DNA from: Bdellovibrionota bacterium
GTDB taxonomy: Bacteria > Bdellovibrionota_C > UBA2361 > OMIW01
Assembly: GCA_044345055.1 (NCBI GenBank)
Contig: JBIJBT010000059.1
Location: forward strand, 1 to 17,782
DNA: 17,782 bases
Reading direction: 5' to 3'
This document shows, one piece after another, positions 8,982 to 16,358 of the stretch; within the stretch, counting starts at the first letter, position 1, and every line of letters begins with the position of its first letter. The notes under the pieces are model-generated. The model saw nothing but the letters and a program-made list of their open reading frames with translations, had not been told where the DNA came from and did no database searches. A program made the translations under genes and the position numbers.

Positions 8982-8987
8982 CGTTTT

Positions 8988-9611
8988 ATGAATTCAAAAT
9001 ATACCGCTATTCTTGATAATCTTCGTCGAGTTCGAGCTCTTGCTCAGAACGGCCTCGCCTATAGTGATCGCTATTTTGATCGGGAGAGGTACCAGGAACT
9101 CTATGACCTCTCGACCGAGAGCATTGCAACGCTCCTCGAGTCCCCCTCTTCTGAACTCTTCATCCCTCACGATGCTCAAACTGGATACGCAACCCCAAAG
9201 GTTGGTTGTAGGGGCGCTCTGTTTAGGGATGACAAAGTTTTGCTTGTGCGGGAGCGGAGTGATGGTAAGTGGTCACTTCCGGGTGGATGGATAGATGTAA
9301 ATGATTCACCACAAGAGGGAATTATTAAGGAGTTTGTGCAGGAAACAGGACTTACCGTTCGGCCTGTGCGTCTCTGTTGGATCTCCGATGGTCAAAAGCA
9401 TGGACATACTTCAGCCCATCATGTCTACACATTTGTTTTTCTCTGTGAATATATCTCCGGAGATATGACGACGAGCTACGAGACGAGTGAGGTGCGGTAT
9501 TTTCCGATCGATAATCTTCCTGAATTATCCAGTAATAAAACAATTCCTGAATTTATTACTGCTGCTCTTACTCATTATCGAGGAGAGGTTGTAACAACTG
9601 AGTGTGACTAG
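8988..9611 (+). CDS. Nudix hydrolase, YjhB/ADP-ribose pyrophosphatase-like with Nudix_N domain
   Basis: N-domain ALAQNGLAYS..YFDRERY; GYATPKV; KVLLVRERSDGKWSLPGGW; Nudix box variant GWIDVNDSPQEGIIKEFVQETGL; ET.EVRYF..DNLPELS. ATG at 8988 is preferred over the TTG at 8928. Confidence 0.9.
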   Translation: MNSKYTAILDNLRRVRALAQNGLAYSDRYFDRERYQELYDLSTESIATLLESPSSELFIPHDAQTGYATPKVGCRGALFRDDKVLLVRERSDGKWSLPGGWIDVNDSPQEGIIKEFVQETGLTVRPVRLCWISDGQKHGHTSAHHVYTFVFLCEYISGDMTTSYETSEVRYFPIDNLPELSSNKTIPEFITAALTHYRGEVVTTECD

Positions 9612-9629
9612 AATTCGACGAAAAGAGTT

Positions 9630-9656
9630 TAAGTTTTTCGCTTTATGTGTCGTTAA
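9630..9656 (+). promoter_or_regulatory. Putative sigma-28 (FliA) promoter upstream of the cheY-like gene
   Basis: TAAG (9630-9633), N15, GTCGTTAA (9649-9656), compared with the consensus TAAA-N15-GCCGATAA; spacing is exact and the context is a CheY homologue. Confidence 0.55.
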
Positions 9657-9744
9657 AAAGGAGGATGCCAAAGGAGCGACCGTTCATCTGAAACTCGCCC
9701 TTTGGTTGAAAAAATGAGTTCGGAAGAAGGGAAAAGAGGAGCAC

Positions 9745-10146
9745 ATGCCGATACCAGCAACTGTACCGAGAGATTTGCCGATTTTAGTTGTTGATGATTT
9801 TGCGACGATGCGACGGATTGTTAGAAATAGTTTACGACAGCTCGGATTTACTAATGTTGTTGAGGCGGCCGATGGAAATGAGGCGCTCGAAAAATTAAAG
9901 GAATCAGAGTTTCAACTCATCATCACTGAATGGAATATTCCAACGATTGATGGATCGGATCTTTTAAAGGCTGTAAGGGCCGACGATAAACACCGAGACA
10001 CCCCCCTTCTAGTGATAACGACAGAATCTCAAAGAAAAAACGTAGCCTCTACTGAAAAACGGGACGGGGTTGCAACGTATGTTATAAAGCCCCTTACTAC
10101 CGCAATACTTGAGGCTAAGATGGCATCGCTCCTCGAGGTAAAGTAA
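9745..10146 (+). CDS. cheY: Stand-alone CheY-like response regulator with phosphoacceptor Asp replaced by Glu
   Basis: ILVVDDFATMRRIVRNSLRQLGFTNVVEAADG is strongly CheY-like; IITEWNIP (canonical ISDWNMP), PLLVITTE, YVIKP; AGAGGAG SD. Confidence 0.88.
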   Translation: MPIPATVPRDLPILVVDDFATMRRIVRNSLRQLGFTNVVEAADGNEALEKLKESEFQLIITEWNIPTIDGSDLLKAVRADDKHRDTPLLVITTESQRKNVASTEKRDGVATYVIKPLTTAILEAKMASLLEVK

Positions 10147-10231
10147 AAGGCTGATAAAAAGTGGTACGATCAACGACAGACCTCTCTTTTCTCACCCTCT
10201 AAGAGCGGGCAGTGCGTGGATCGTGTCGAGA

Positions 10232-10867
10232 TTATCCGAGTGGGGCGAGGATATTGAGAGTTGAGGTAAGGGATTCTTTGGTAAGCTCTCTTTTCGGATC
10301 GAGTAGAATAAATCCAAATTGCCGTTCAGAACCTCCGATCACTCCGATATAAAAGGTCTCCTCATCTTTTGAAATAATTCGTGAGACGGTCCGCACCGAT
10401 GAACCTATCTGAATATCAAATGTTTCTTCGAGTTTCGCGCGAAGAGGGTTGAATTCACCTAAAAACATCTTTGTGATAGCAGGTGAGATACCGCTCGCTT
10501 CCTTGAGTGCTTTTTCGCGCTTCAAAATATCCAGAAGTTCAGATCCCTTTGCTACTCCTCCCTTCTCGACGATGAAAAGATCGAGTCGAATCTGAAGAGA
10601 ACGGTCAATTACTCGCGCAAAGATGCCCTCTTCAGTTTTCTGGGTAAGGACCACTTCGAATGTTTGTGGGAGTTCGGCACCAAAGATCTCTACTACTGGG
10701 ACGGCGTTCTCGCGAAGCCGTTCGTGCATAACTCCCTGCAGAAGGAGCGTAACGACCAACGGGATGCCAAAAAGCACACCTATAATGAGTCCTGTTCGCG
10801 ATACGTTTCGAGAGTTCCCTTTTTTCTCAGAATTGAATTGGGGATGTGGTACGTTTGAATCATCCAT
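10232..10867 (-). CDS. Hypothetical protein with a single N-terminal membrane anchor
   Basis: 211 aa; one hydrophobic helix (GLIIGVLFGIPLVVTLLL) followed by a soluble domain; AGAGG SD upstream. Confidence 0.7.
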   Translation of the reverse strand: MDDSNVPHPQFNSEKKGNSRNVSRTGLIIGVLFGIPLVVTLLLQGVMHERLRENAVPVVEIFGAELPQTFEVVLTQKTEEGIFARVIDRSLQIRLDLFIVEKGGVAKGSELLDILKREKALKEASGISPAITKMFLGEFNPLRAKLEETFDIQIGSSVRTVSRIISKDEETFYIGVIGGSERQFGFILLDPKRELTKESLTSTLNILAPLG

Positions 10868-11065
10868 ACTAACCTCTTTTCTGTAGTAAGCTCTTTTTGG
10901 AACTATATTGTTTCCTGAGGTTTGGTTGCGATACTAAGCCGATTCACCAAAAAAGTATCTTTTGCAATGATACTATCTGAAGATCGCAGATGATGCATCC
11001 TGAGTAGCGGACTTTGGTTAAAAGAGCGAAGTAATTTCGAAACGGTCTCTAGAGGAAAATAAACG

Positions 11066-13006
11066 ATGCAGGTGCTTACGGTTGCTTCAGCTAGTGTAAA
11101 TCAAACTCCCTTGGCGTGGCGTCGGAATGTAGGGAATCTGATCGCTGCGATTGAGGATGCTCGCAATAAAGGCGCGCAGATTCTGTGTCTCCCTGAGCTT
11201 TGTATCACCGGTTATGGCTCAGAAGATCTTTTTCTTTCGAGGTGGTTTGTTGCAAAAGCGTGGTCGATGCTCGAGGAGCTCTTGCCGGCCACCGCCGGTA
11301 TGATCGTTGGGTTTGGCATCCCGTGTATAGCCCGTAATGTGGTGTATAACGGATATGGAGTGTGTGCAGATGGTCGGCTTATGGGAGTCGTTCCAAAGCA
11401 GTTTTTGGCGGGTGATGGCGTTCATTACGAACAGCGATGGTTTAAGCCGTGGCCAGCAGAACATGCCACCGAGCTTCGAGAGTCGTATCTTCCCGATTGT
11501 TTTCAGGGGACTCCTATCGGTGATATCTCTTTTGTTGTTGATGGCGTTCGGATTGCGGTTGAGATTTGTGAAGATTCATGGGTTCCGCAACGCCCACTTC
11601 GCACGGCCGCGCTAAGTGGTGTTGACCTTGTCATGAGTCCGAGCGCTTCTCATTTCGCGCTAGGAAAGTCAGAGATTCGTCGTGCTATTCTCCGAGACGG
11701 TGCACGTTTTTCCTCTTCAATCGTTCTATCGGCTAATCTTCTCGGGTGCGAATCTGGAAAGATGATATTCGATGGCGATGCCTGCATTCTCGATCGCAAA
11801 GGAGTTGTTGCTCAAAATCAACTCTTTTCTCTTAAGCGTTTCGGAGTAGTTTGCGCTTCAGTCGATATTGATAGCGGTAGAATCAAGCAGCAGGGTACGG
11901 CATCTCTTCGGGTTGAACCTATTCCACGGAGTCAAGAAATAGAGGTTTCTGGGGTTTTATCTTTTGAGGGAGTAAATGGAATAACCTCTCAGATAAGGGA
12001 GTGCTCCGTTCAACCGATGCCTTACTTTGAGGAGCTCTGGCAAGCTATTACTCTTGGACTTCTCGATTATGCTGAGAAGTCGTCGAGCCGAGGTTTTGTC
12101 GTTTCTCTCAGCGGTGGAGCTGACTCAGCATCGGTTGCCTCTTTAGTTTTTTTGATGTCCCAGCGAGCAATCCGGGAGATTGGGAAAGAGGAGCTTGCTC
12201 GTCGATTACGATTGAATCCTGCTCAGTCTGTGGATGAGATGATGAAATCTCTCCTTGCGTGCATCTATCAAAAGACCGCCAATAGTTCGCAGGCTACGGA
12301 AACTGCTGCGCGTGAACTGGCTGAGTTTCTGGGCTGTGATTTCGGTGTGTGTGATGTAGAGCCGATTGTGAGCTCGTATCGTGAACTAGCAGAAAACTTT
12401 ATCGGGCGCTCTCTGAGCTGGGAGACTGATGACACCGCACTTCAAAATATTCAGGCGCGGGTGCGGGCACCCTCCGTGTGGATGCTTGCAAATATTCGGT
12501 GGGCTCTTCTTTTAACGACTGGGAATAGAAGTGAGCTGTCGGTCGGTTATGCGACGATGGATGGCGATATGTGTGGCGGGCTTAATCCGATCGGCGGGCT
12601 CGATAAACCGCTTATTCTTCGATTCCTTCGGTGGCTTGCGGAGGAGGGGCCAATTGGCTACGGTCCGCTCTCTCCCCTTATGCGTATAATTAGCAGTCCT
12701 CCGACCGCTGAGCTTCGTCCATCTGCTGCCGAACAGACCGATGAAACAGACCTCATGCCGTATACCATCTTACAGGCTATAGAACGAGAATTCGTATATC
12801 ACCGTCGCTCTCCCGATGAGATAATCGCTATTCTTAAACAAGAATATCCCTTATCGCCTATTCAGGAGTGGGTTGACCGCTACATCACCCTTTTTGGAAG
12901 AAATCAGTGGAAGCGGGAGCGTGCTGCTCCATCTTTTCATCTTGATGATTATAGCCTAGACCCGCGATCATGGTTACGATTTCCGATATTGTCGGGTGGA
13001 GAGTAG
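11066..13006 (+). CDS. nadE: Glutamine-dependent NAD+ synthetase
   Basis: Nitrilase-type glutaminase domain with E-K-C triad (LPELCITGY, VVPK, EICED) fused to a synthetase domain (LSGGADS, NIQARVR, TGNRSE..VGYATMDGD, PPTAELRP, NQWKRER). Confidence 0.96.
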   Translation: MQVLTVASASVNQTPLAWRRNVGNLIAAIEDARNKGAQILCLPELCITGYGSEDLFLSRWFVAKAWSMLEELLPATAGMIVGFGIPCIARNVVYNGYGVCADGRLMGVVPKQFLAGDGVHYEQRWFKPWPAEHATELRESYLPDCFQGTPIGDISFVVDGVRIAVEICEDSWVPQRPLRTAALSGVDLVMSPSASHFALGKSEIRRAILRDGARFSSSIVLSANLLGCESGKMIFDGDACILDRKGVVAQNQLFSLKRFGVVCASVDIDSGRIKQQGTASLRVEPIPRSQEIEVSGVLSFEGVNGITSQIRECSVQPMPYFEELWQAITLGLLDYAEKSSSRGFVVSLSGGADSASVASLVFLMSQRAIREIGKEELARRLRLNPAQSVDEMMKSLLACIYQKTANSSQATETAARELAEFLGCDFGVCDVEPIVSSYRELAENFIGRSLSWETDDTALQNIQARVRAPSVWMLANIRWALLLTTGNRSELSVGYATMDGDMCGGLNPIGGLDKPLILRFLRWLAEEGPIGYGPLSPLMRIISSPPTAELRPSAAEQTDETDLMPYTILQAIEREFVYHRRSPDEIIAILKQEYPLSPIQEWVDRYITLFGRNQWKRERAAPSFHLDDYSLDPRSWLRFPILSGGE

Positions 13007-13068
13007 GCGAATATTACGGTTCGCCCGTTCGATATTACGGCTCGAGAGAATAAAAACCGATTTGCCCT

Positions 13069-14415
13069 ATGGTTTCCTATCAAGCTCGTCTCTTCGCATT
13101 CCTATGGGGCATTGCCGTTATTTTTTCGCTTGATTCGTCGTCTGGGTGGCTGTTAGACATCACGAATTTATGGAGCTTCCATTTAGCCGCAATAATGGCG
13201 GTTTATCTCATATTTCGTCCTGAATCTCGCCTTATATTTCGTCTCAGTCTTCTATCATTTATCGTCGTAGCTTTTACGATAATGCCCGCGATTCAGAATC
13301 ATCGCATGGTTCTTGCCTTTGCCGGAGTCGCACTCTTGCTGGGATCGGGGCGCGATGAAAAATGGCCTCGGTCGATAGCTGATCTTCGGTGGCTTACTAT
13401 TATTGTTTATCTCTTTGCAGCTCTCGCGAAGTGTAACTCCGATTATCTGCGTGATGATGTAAGCTGTGCCACTATTTTTTTAAAGCAATCGCTCGAGCTC
13501 AACGGTTTTGGAGGAGTAAAAATTCCATCGGTCTTGTCGAGCGGATCGGTAAGTGGCCTATGGTCTTTTCTTGTCGAAACGGTGCTTATTATTCTCTTAA
13601 TCCCCCCGAAAACTCGGGCTTTTGGTGTTCTTTTTGGCTTCTCCTTTCACTTTTTTCTGGCGACAAATTATATAAAATATTTTACCAACTTTTCATCGGT
13701 GATGTTTCTGGTTTTGAGTAGCTGGTTGACGGAAGAGCAATGTAAGTATCTGGTGAGCCGGTTTTTTGAGAGATATCAGAGAGAGCTTTGCATCGGGGTG
13801 GCGCTTCTTTTCGTTGCACTTACTCTTAATGCTATTGGCTTTTTACCCGCGATTCTATGGATTGTATTTCGATATACACTCTGGTCGGCGTTTGCAATAC
13901 CGCTCTGTTGCGTTCTTTTTAAAGTGGTTATTGCAACTCGAGCTGTTAGAGATTCATCGACACTTCCTTTGCCGCATTTTATCTTTGTCGTAATCGCGCT
14001 TTTAAATGGAGTTTCGCCGTATCTGGGAATACGGACTTTGAGCACCTTTTCGATGTATAGCAATCTTCGTGTAGAGCCAGACTATACGAATCATTGCTTC
14101 ATGCCCAAAAGCGCCAATCTTCTTCCGTATCTTGGGGACACAGTCAAGATTATAGGTAGTTCAGATCCATATTTTGCTGAGCTTATTAATTTACCAACTC
14201 AGCGTCTCCCGTACCTTGAGCTGTGTTCGTATCTTGCGGAGATGGATGATAGAGCAAAAGGGCAAGATTATGAGGTGACTTTTGAACGAAAAGGAACTAG
14301 TAATACTGCGATTAGAGGTGGGGCCCTTCCGGCGGATTGCCCACCATGGATATTAAGAAAGCTTCTCAGGTATGGTCCGATTGGCGCTGGAGCAGAAAAG
14401 CAGTGTTTGTGGTAG
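13069..14415 (+). CDS. Multi-pass membrane protein, HTTM/vitamin-K-dependent carboxylase-like (tentative)
   Basis: About 10 hydrophobic segments; QNH, YLFAALAKCNSDYL...SCA, FHFFLA and PYLG.RT.STFSMYSNL resemble HTTM-domain proteins; Cys-containing C-terminal soluble domain. Confidence 0.6.
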   Translation: MVSYQARLFAFLWGIAVIFSLDSSSGWLLDITNLWSFHLAAIMAVYLIFRPESRLIFRLSLLSFIVVAFTIMPAIQNHRMVLAFAGVALLLGSGRDEKWPRSIADLRWLTIIVYLFAALAKCNSDYLRDDVSCATIFLKQSLELNGFGGVKIPSVLSSGSVSGLWSFLVETVLIILLIPPKTRAFGVLFGFSFHFFLATNYIKYFTNFSSVMFLVLSSWLTEEQCKYLVSRFFERYQRELCIGVALLFVALTLNAIGFLPAILWIVFRYTLWSAFAIPLCCVLFKVVIATRAVRDSSTLPLPHFIFVVIALLNGVSPYLGIRTLSTFSMYSNLRVEPDYTNHCFMPKSANLLPYLGDTVKIIGSSDPYFAELINLPTQRLPYLELCSYLAEMDDRAKGQDYEVTFERKGTSNTAIRGGALPADCPPWILRKLLRYGPIGAGAEKQCLW

Positions 14416-14421
14416 GAATTC

Positions 14422-14850
14422 TTAGGGGAGAATCCGTCGGCGATAGGAGACCGGAATAATCGAGCATTGTTCTGGAGCTTTTCCGAACAGTCTGTGCCGA
14501 GTCGCTGCAATTGCTCGATAAACGCCATCTCTCAAAAAACGTGGAATGAGTGATAGTGCAACAGCGAATATTCGGGGAATGCCACCTAGATTTTTGCCGA
14601 TAAAAATAACCGCATCGCTCCTGATCAGGATTTCACCATTCTCTGTAATTACGACGAGAGAATCGGGGAATTCTTTCTGGATGTGAGCAGGGATAATTTC
14701 GAGAAACGTCTCGCCGCGGAGAGGAGCAAACTTAAATAAATCGTTTTTGTCGAGCTGTAATAGTATTCGGGCGAAGTGATTACACATAACGCACGAGCCA
14801 TCGAAAAAGAGTATCGGTGCTGCTCTCGGTGCGGTTATGTCCGATGTCAC
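14422..14850 (-). CDS. DCC family (DUF393/YuxK) thiol-disulfide oxidoreductase
   Basis: ILFFDGSCVMC (DxxCxxC), FAPL, DSLVV, RSDAV, IPRFLRDGVYRAIA..RHRLFG...C. The GTG start position is uncertain. Confidence 0.92.
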   Translation of the reverse strand: MTSDITAPRAAPILFFDGSCVMCNHFARILLQLDKNDLFKFAPLRGETFLEIIPAHIQKEFPDSLVVITENGEILIRSDAVIFIGKNLGGIPRIFAVALSLIPRFLRDGVYRAIAATRHRLFGKAPEQCSIIPVSYRRRILP

Positions 14851-14973
14851 TGATGTGCCCCAAAAATAGGAGATTCGCGCTCTGTTCGGTGCTACCTGAA
14901 AAGGAGTATAACTACCTATTTCAAGACCAACTACCTATGAAAGCTCTTTGGAGAGACTTTCTTAGGCGGCACA

Positions 14974-15882
14974 CTACTCCGGAAACAGCTCCTTATCAGA
15001 AACGCTCATGCCCATCGCGTGATAGCCGTGATCGACATGAAGAATGCTTCCGGTGATTCCAGACCCTAAAGGACTGCAAAGGAAAAGGGCAGCATTTGCT
15101 ACCTGCGTGGCGCTAATTGCCTCGGGAATCGGGGAGTTTTTAGCGCAGTAAGCAACCATACGATCAATAAAACCGATTGCAGATGCGGCTCTCGATGCTA
15201 GCGGGCCTGCTGATATGCAATTTACCCGGACCCCAAATCGTCGCCCCGCCTCGAACGCGAGAACTTGCGTGTCGCTCTCGAGCGCCGCTTTTGCCGACGA
15301 CATTCCGCCGCCATACCCCGGGATAACTTTCTCTCCAGCAAGATAGCTCAGCGACAAGAACGATCCACCTTCACGCATGAGGGGGGCAAGGTGACGAACG
15401 AATGAGATCATCGAATAGCTGCTGGCGCTTATTGCATCGAGATAGCCTTGTCGTGAGGTCTCTATTAAAGGCTTTTTAACCTCTGGTCCATTTGCGAGGG
15501 AGTGCACCACGATATCGAGCGGCTTATCGCCAAAATCACGAACGAGGCCCTCGGCCAGCCCAGCTATTGAGAAATCTCCACACTCACGATAGCGGCGGCT
15601 CTCGGTTATCTCGGCTGGAGCATCGTCGAGTGAATCAAAAACAGCGTCGAGGGGATAAATCTGTTCAAACTCCAAGAGCTTTCCATTCGAAAGCTCACGA
15701 GCTGCATCTATTTTACCACGCTGCAGGAGACCTTTAAATATCGTGAGCGCGGGGGGCCAGGTTGCTACCGAAACCGATGCGCCCGCTTCGGCAAATGCCT
15801 TGGCTATTGCAAATCCAAATCCTGCGTCATCGGCAACTCCAGCAACAAGAACGCGCTTTCCTTTTAGGTCGAATGTCACCAT
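14974..15882 (-). CDS. fabI: Enoyl-ACP reductase (NADH), chlamydial/plastid-type FabI
   Basis: DLKGKRVLVAGVADDAGFGFAIAK, TWPPAL, IYPLDA.FD, VHSLANGPEV, catalytic YGGGMSSAKAALE, ISAGPLASRAA. ATG at 15882 with a GGAG SD is preferred over the GTG at 15921. Confidence 0.93.
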   Translation of the reverse strand: MVTFDLKGKRVLVAGVADDAGFGFAIAKAFAEAGASVSVATWPPALTIFKGLLQRGKIDAARELSNGKLLEFEQIYPLDAVFDSLDDAPAEITESRRYRECGDFSIAGLAEGLVRDFGDKPLDIVVHSLANGPEVKKPLIETSRQGYLDAISASSYSMISFVRHLAPLMREGGSFLSLSYLAGEKVIPGYGGGMSSAKAALESDTQVLAFEAGRRFGVRVNCISAGPLASRAASAIGFIDRMVAYCAKNSPIPEAISATQVANAALFLCSPLGSGITGSILHVDHGYHAMGMSVSDKELFPE

Positions 15883-15936
15883 AGTTGAGACTCCGCAGTA
15901 GACGAGGAGGTGATCAGGCACCGAAGGAATAATGGG

Positions 15937-16314
15937 TGAGTAAGATTAACTCTTCCCCGCACTCGAAATTCACCCGGTCAAGGAGCGCTCCACCGAGAAA
16001 CGCAATGCATAGCTTAGCAGCGCGCGGCCTCGCCTATTGGCGAGCTGAGCGATCATAGCGGGATGAATCTTACTTATTTGGTCGTAGAGATTCAACCACG
16101 CTGTTTATTTGGCCCTGAAAAACCCGTCCATGAGTTTTTAGGGCGGCTTCAAGCACACAAAATCGCTTTTAATGCGATTTTGTGTGCGTCACCCAAACGT
16201 CTATCGACGTTTGCCGGACCCTTCGTGGTCCGGAGTGCTCCCTGAAATTGCTCAGAAAGTTGCAATTTCACGGAGCACTATTTCTTCTTTTCTGGTGGTC
16301 GGTCTTTCTCGGCC
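15937..16314 (+). ncRNA. Candidate structured non-coding RNA or hairpin-array element (unassigned)
   Basis: Closing stem 15937-15947/16066-16076 around a multibranch domain, then stems 16112-16144, 16153-16187 (perfect 14 bp), 16194-16213 (perfect 8 bp), 16214-16233 (perfect 7 bp), 16234-16279 (17 bp, one C-C mismatch) and 16297-16314. The stems are directly visible; the RNA interpretation is inferred. Confidence 0.45.
16234..16293 (+). terminator. Possible intrinsic terminator or attenuator upstream of nadD
   Basis: AGTGCTCC-C-TGAAATTGC / GCAATTTCA-C-GGAGCACT stem followed by ATTTCTTCTTTTCT; the U-tract is imperfect. Confidence 0.35.
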
Positions 16315-16358
16315 GGATTTGAGGGGGTCTTTTTTCTCAGAAAAGCGAAGGAGGGAGG

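Noticed and set aside
8838..8987. Canonical LexA box (CTGT-N8-ACAG, GAAC-N4-GTTC, GTTC-N7-GTTC, TTAG-N6-TACTA) upstream of imuA
   Set aside because: No exact match on either strand; only partial resemblances, reported as a low-confidence finding.
14939..14961. Hairpin downstream of fabI as an intrinsic terminator
   Set aside because: Weak bulged stem with no U-tract after it on the - strand.
15937..16314. Hairpin region as CRISPR array, tRNA, tmRNA, RNase P, SRP or 6S RNA
   Set aside because: No repeated unit with spacers and no cas genes. I did not see a tRNA cloverleaf/T-loop, tmRNA termini, the RNase P P4 motif, the SRP loop motif or a single long 6S-type rod. This is by eye only; an Rfam scan is needed.
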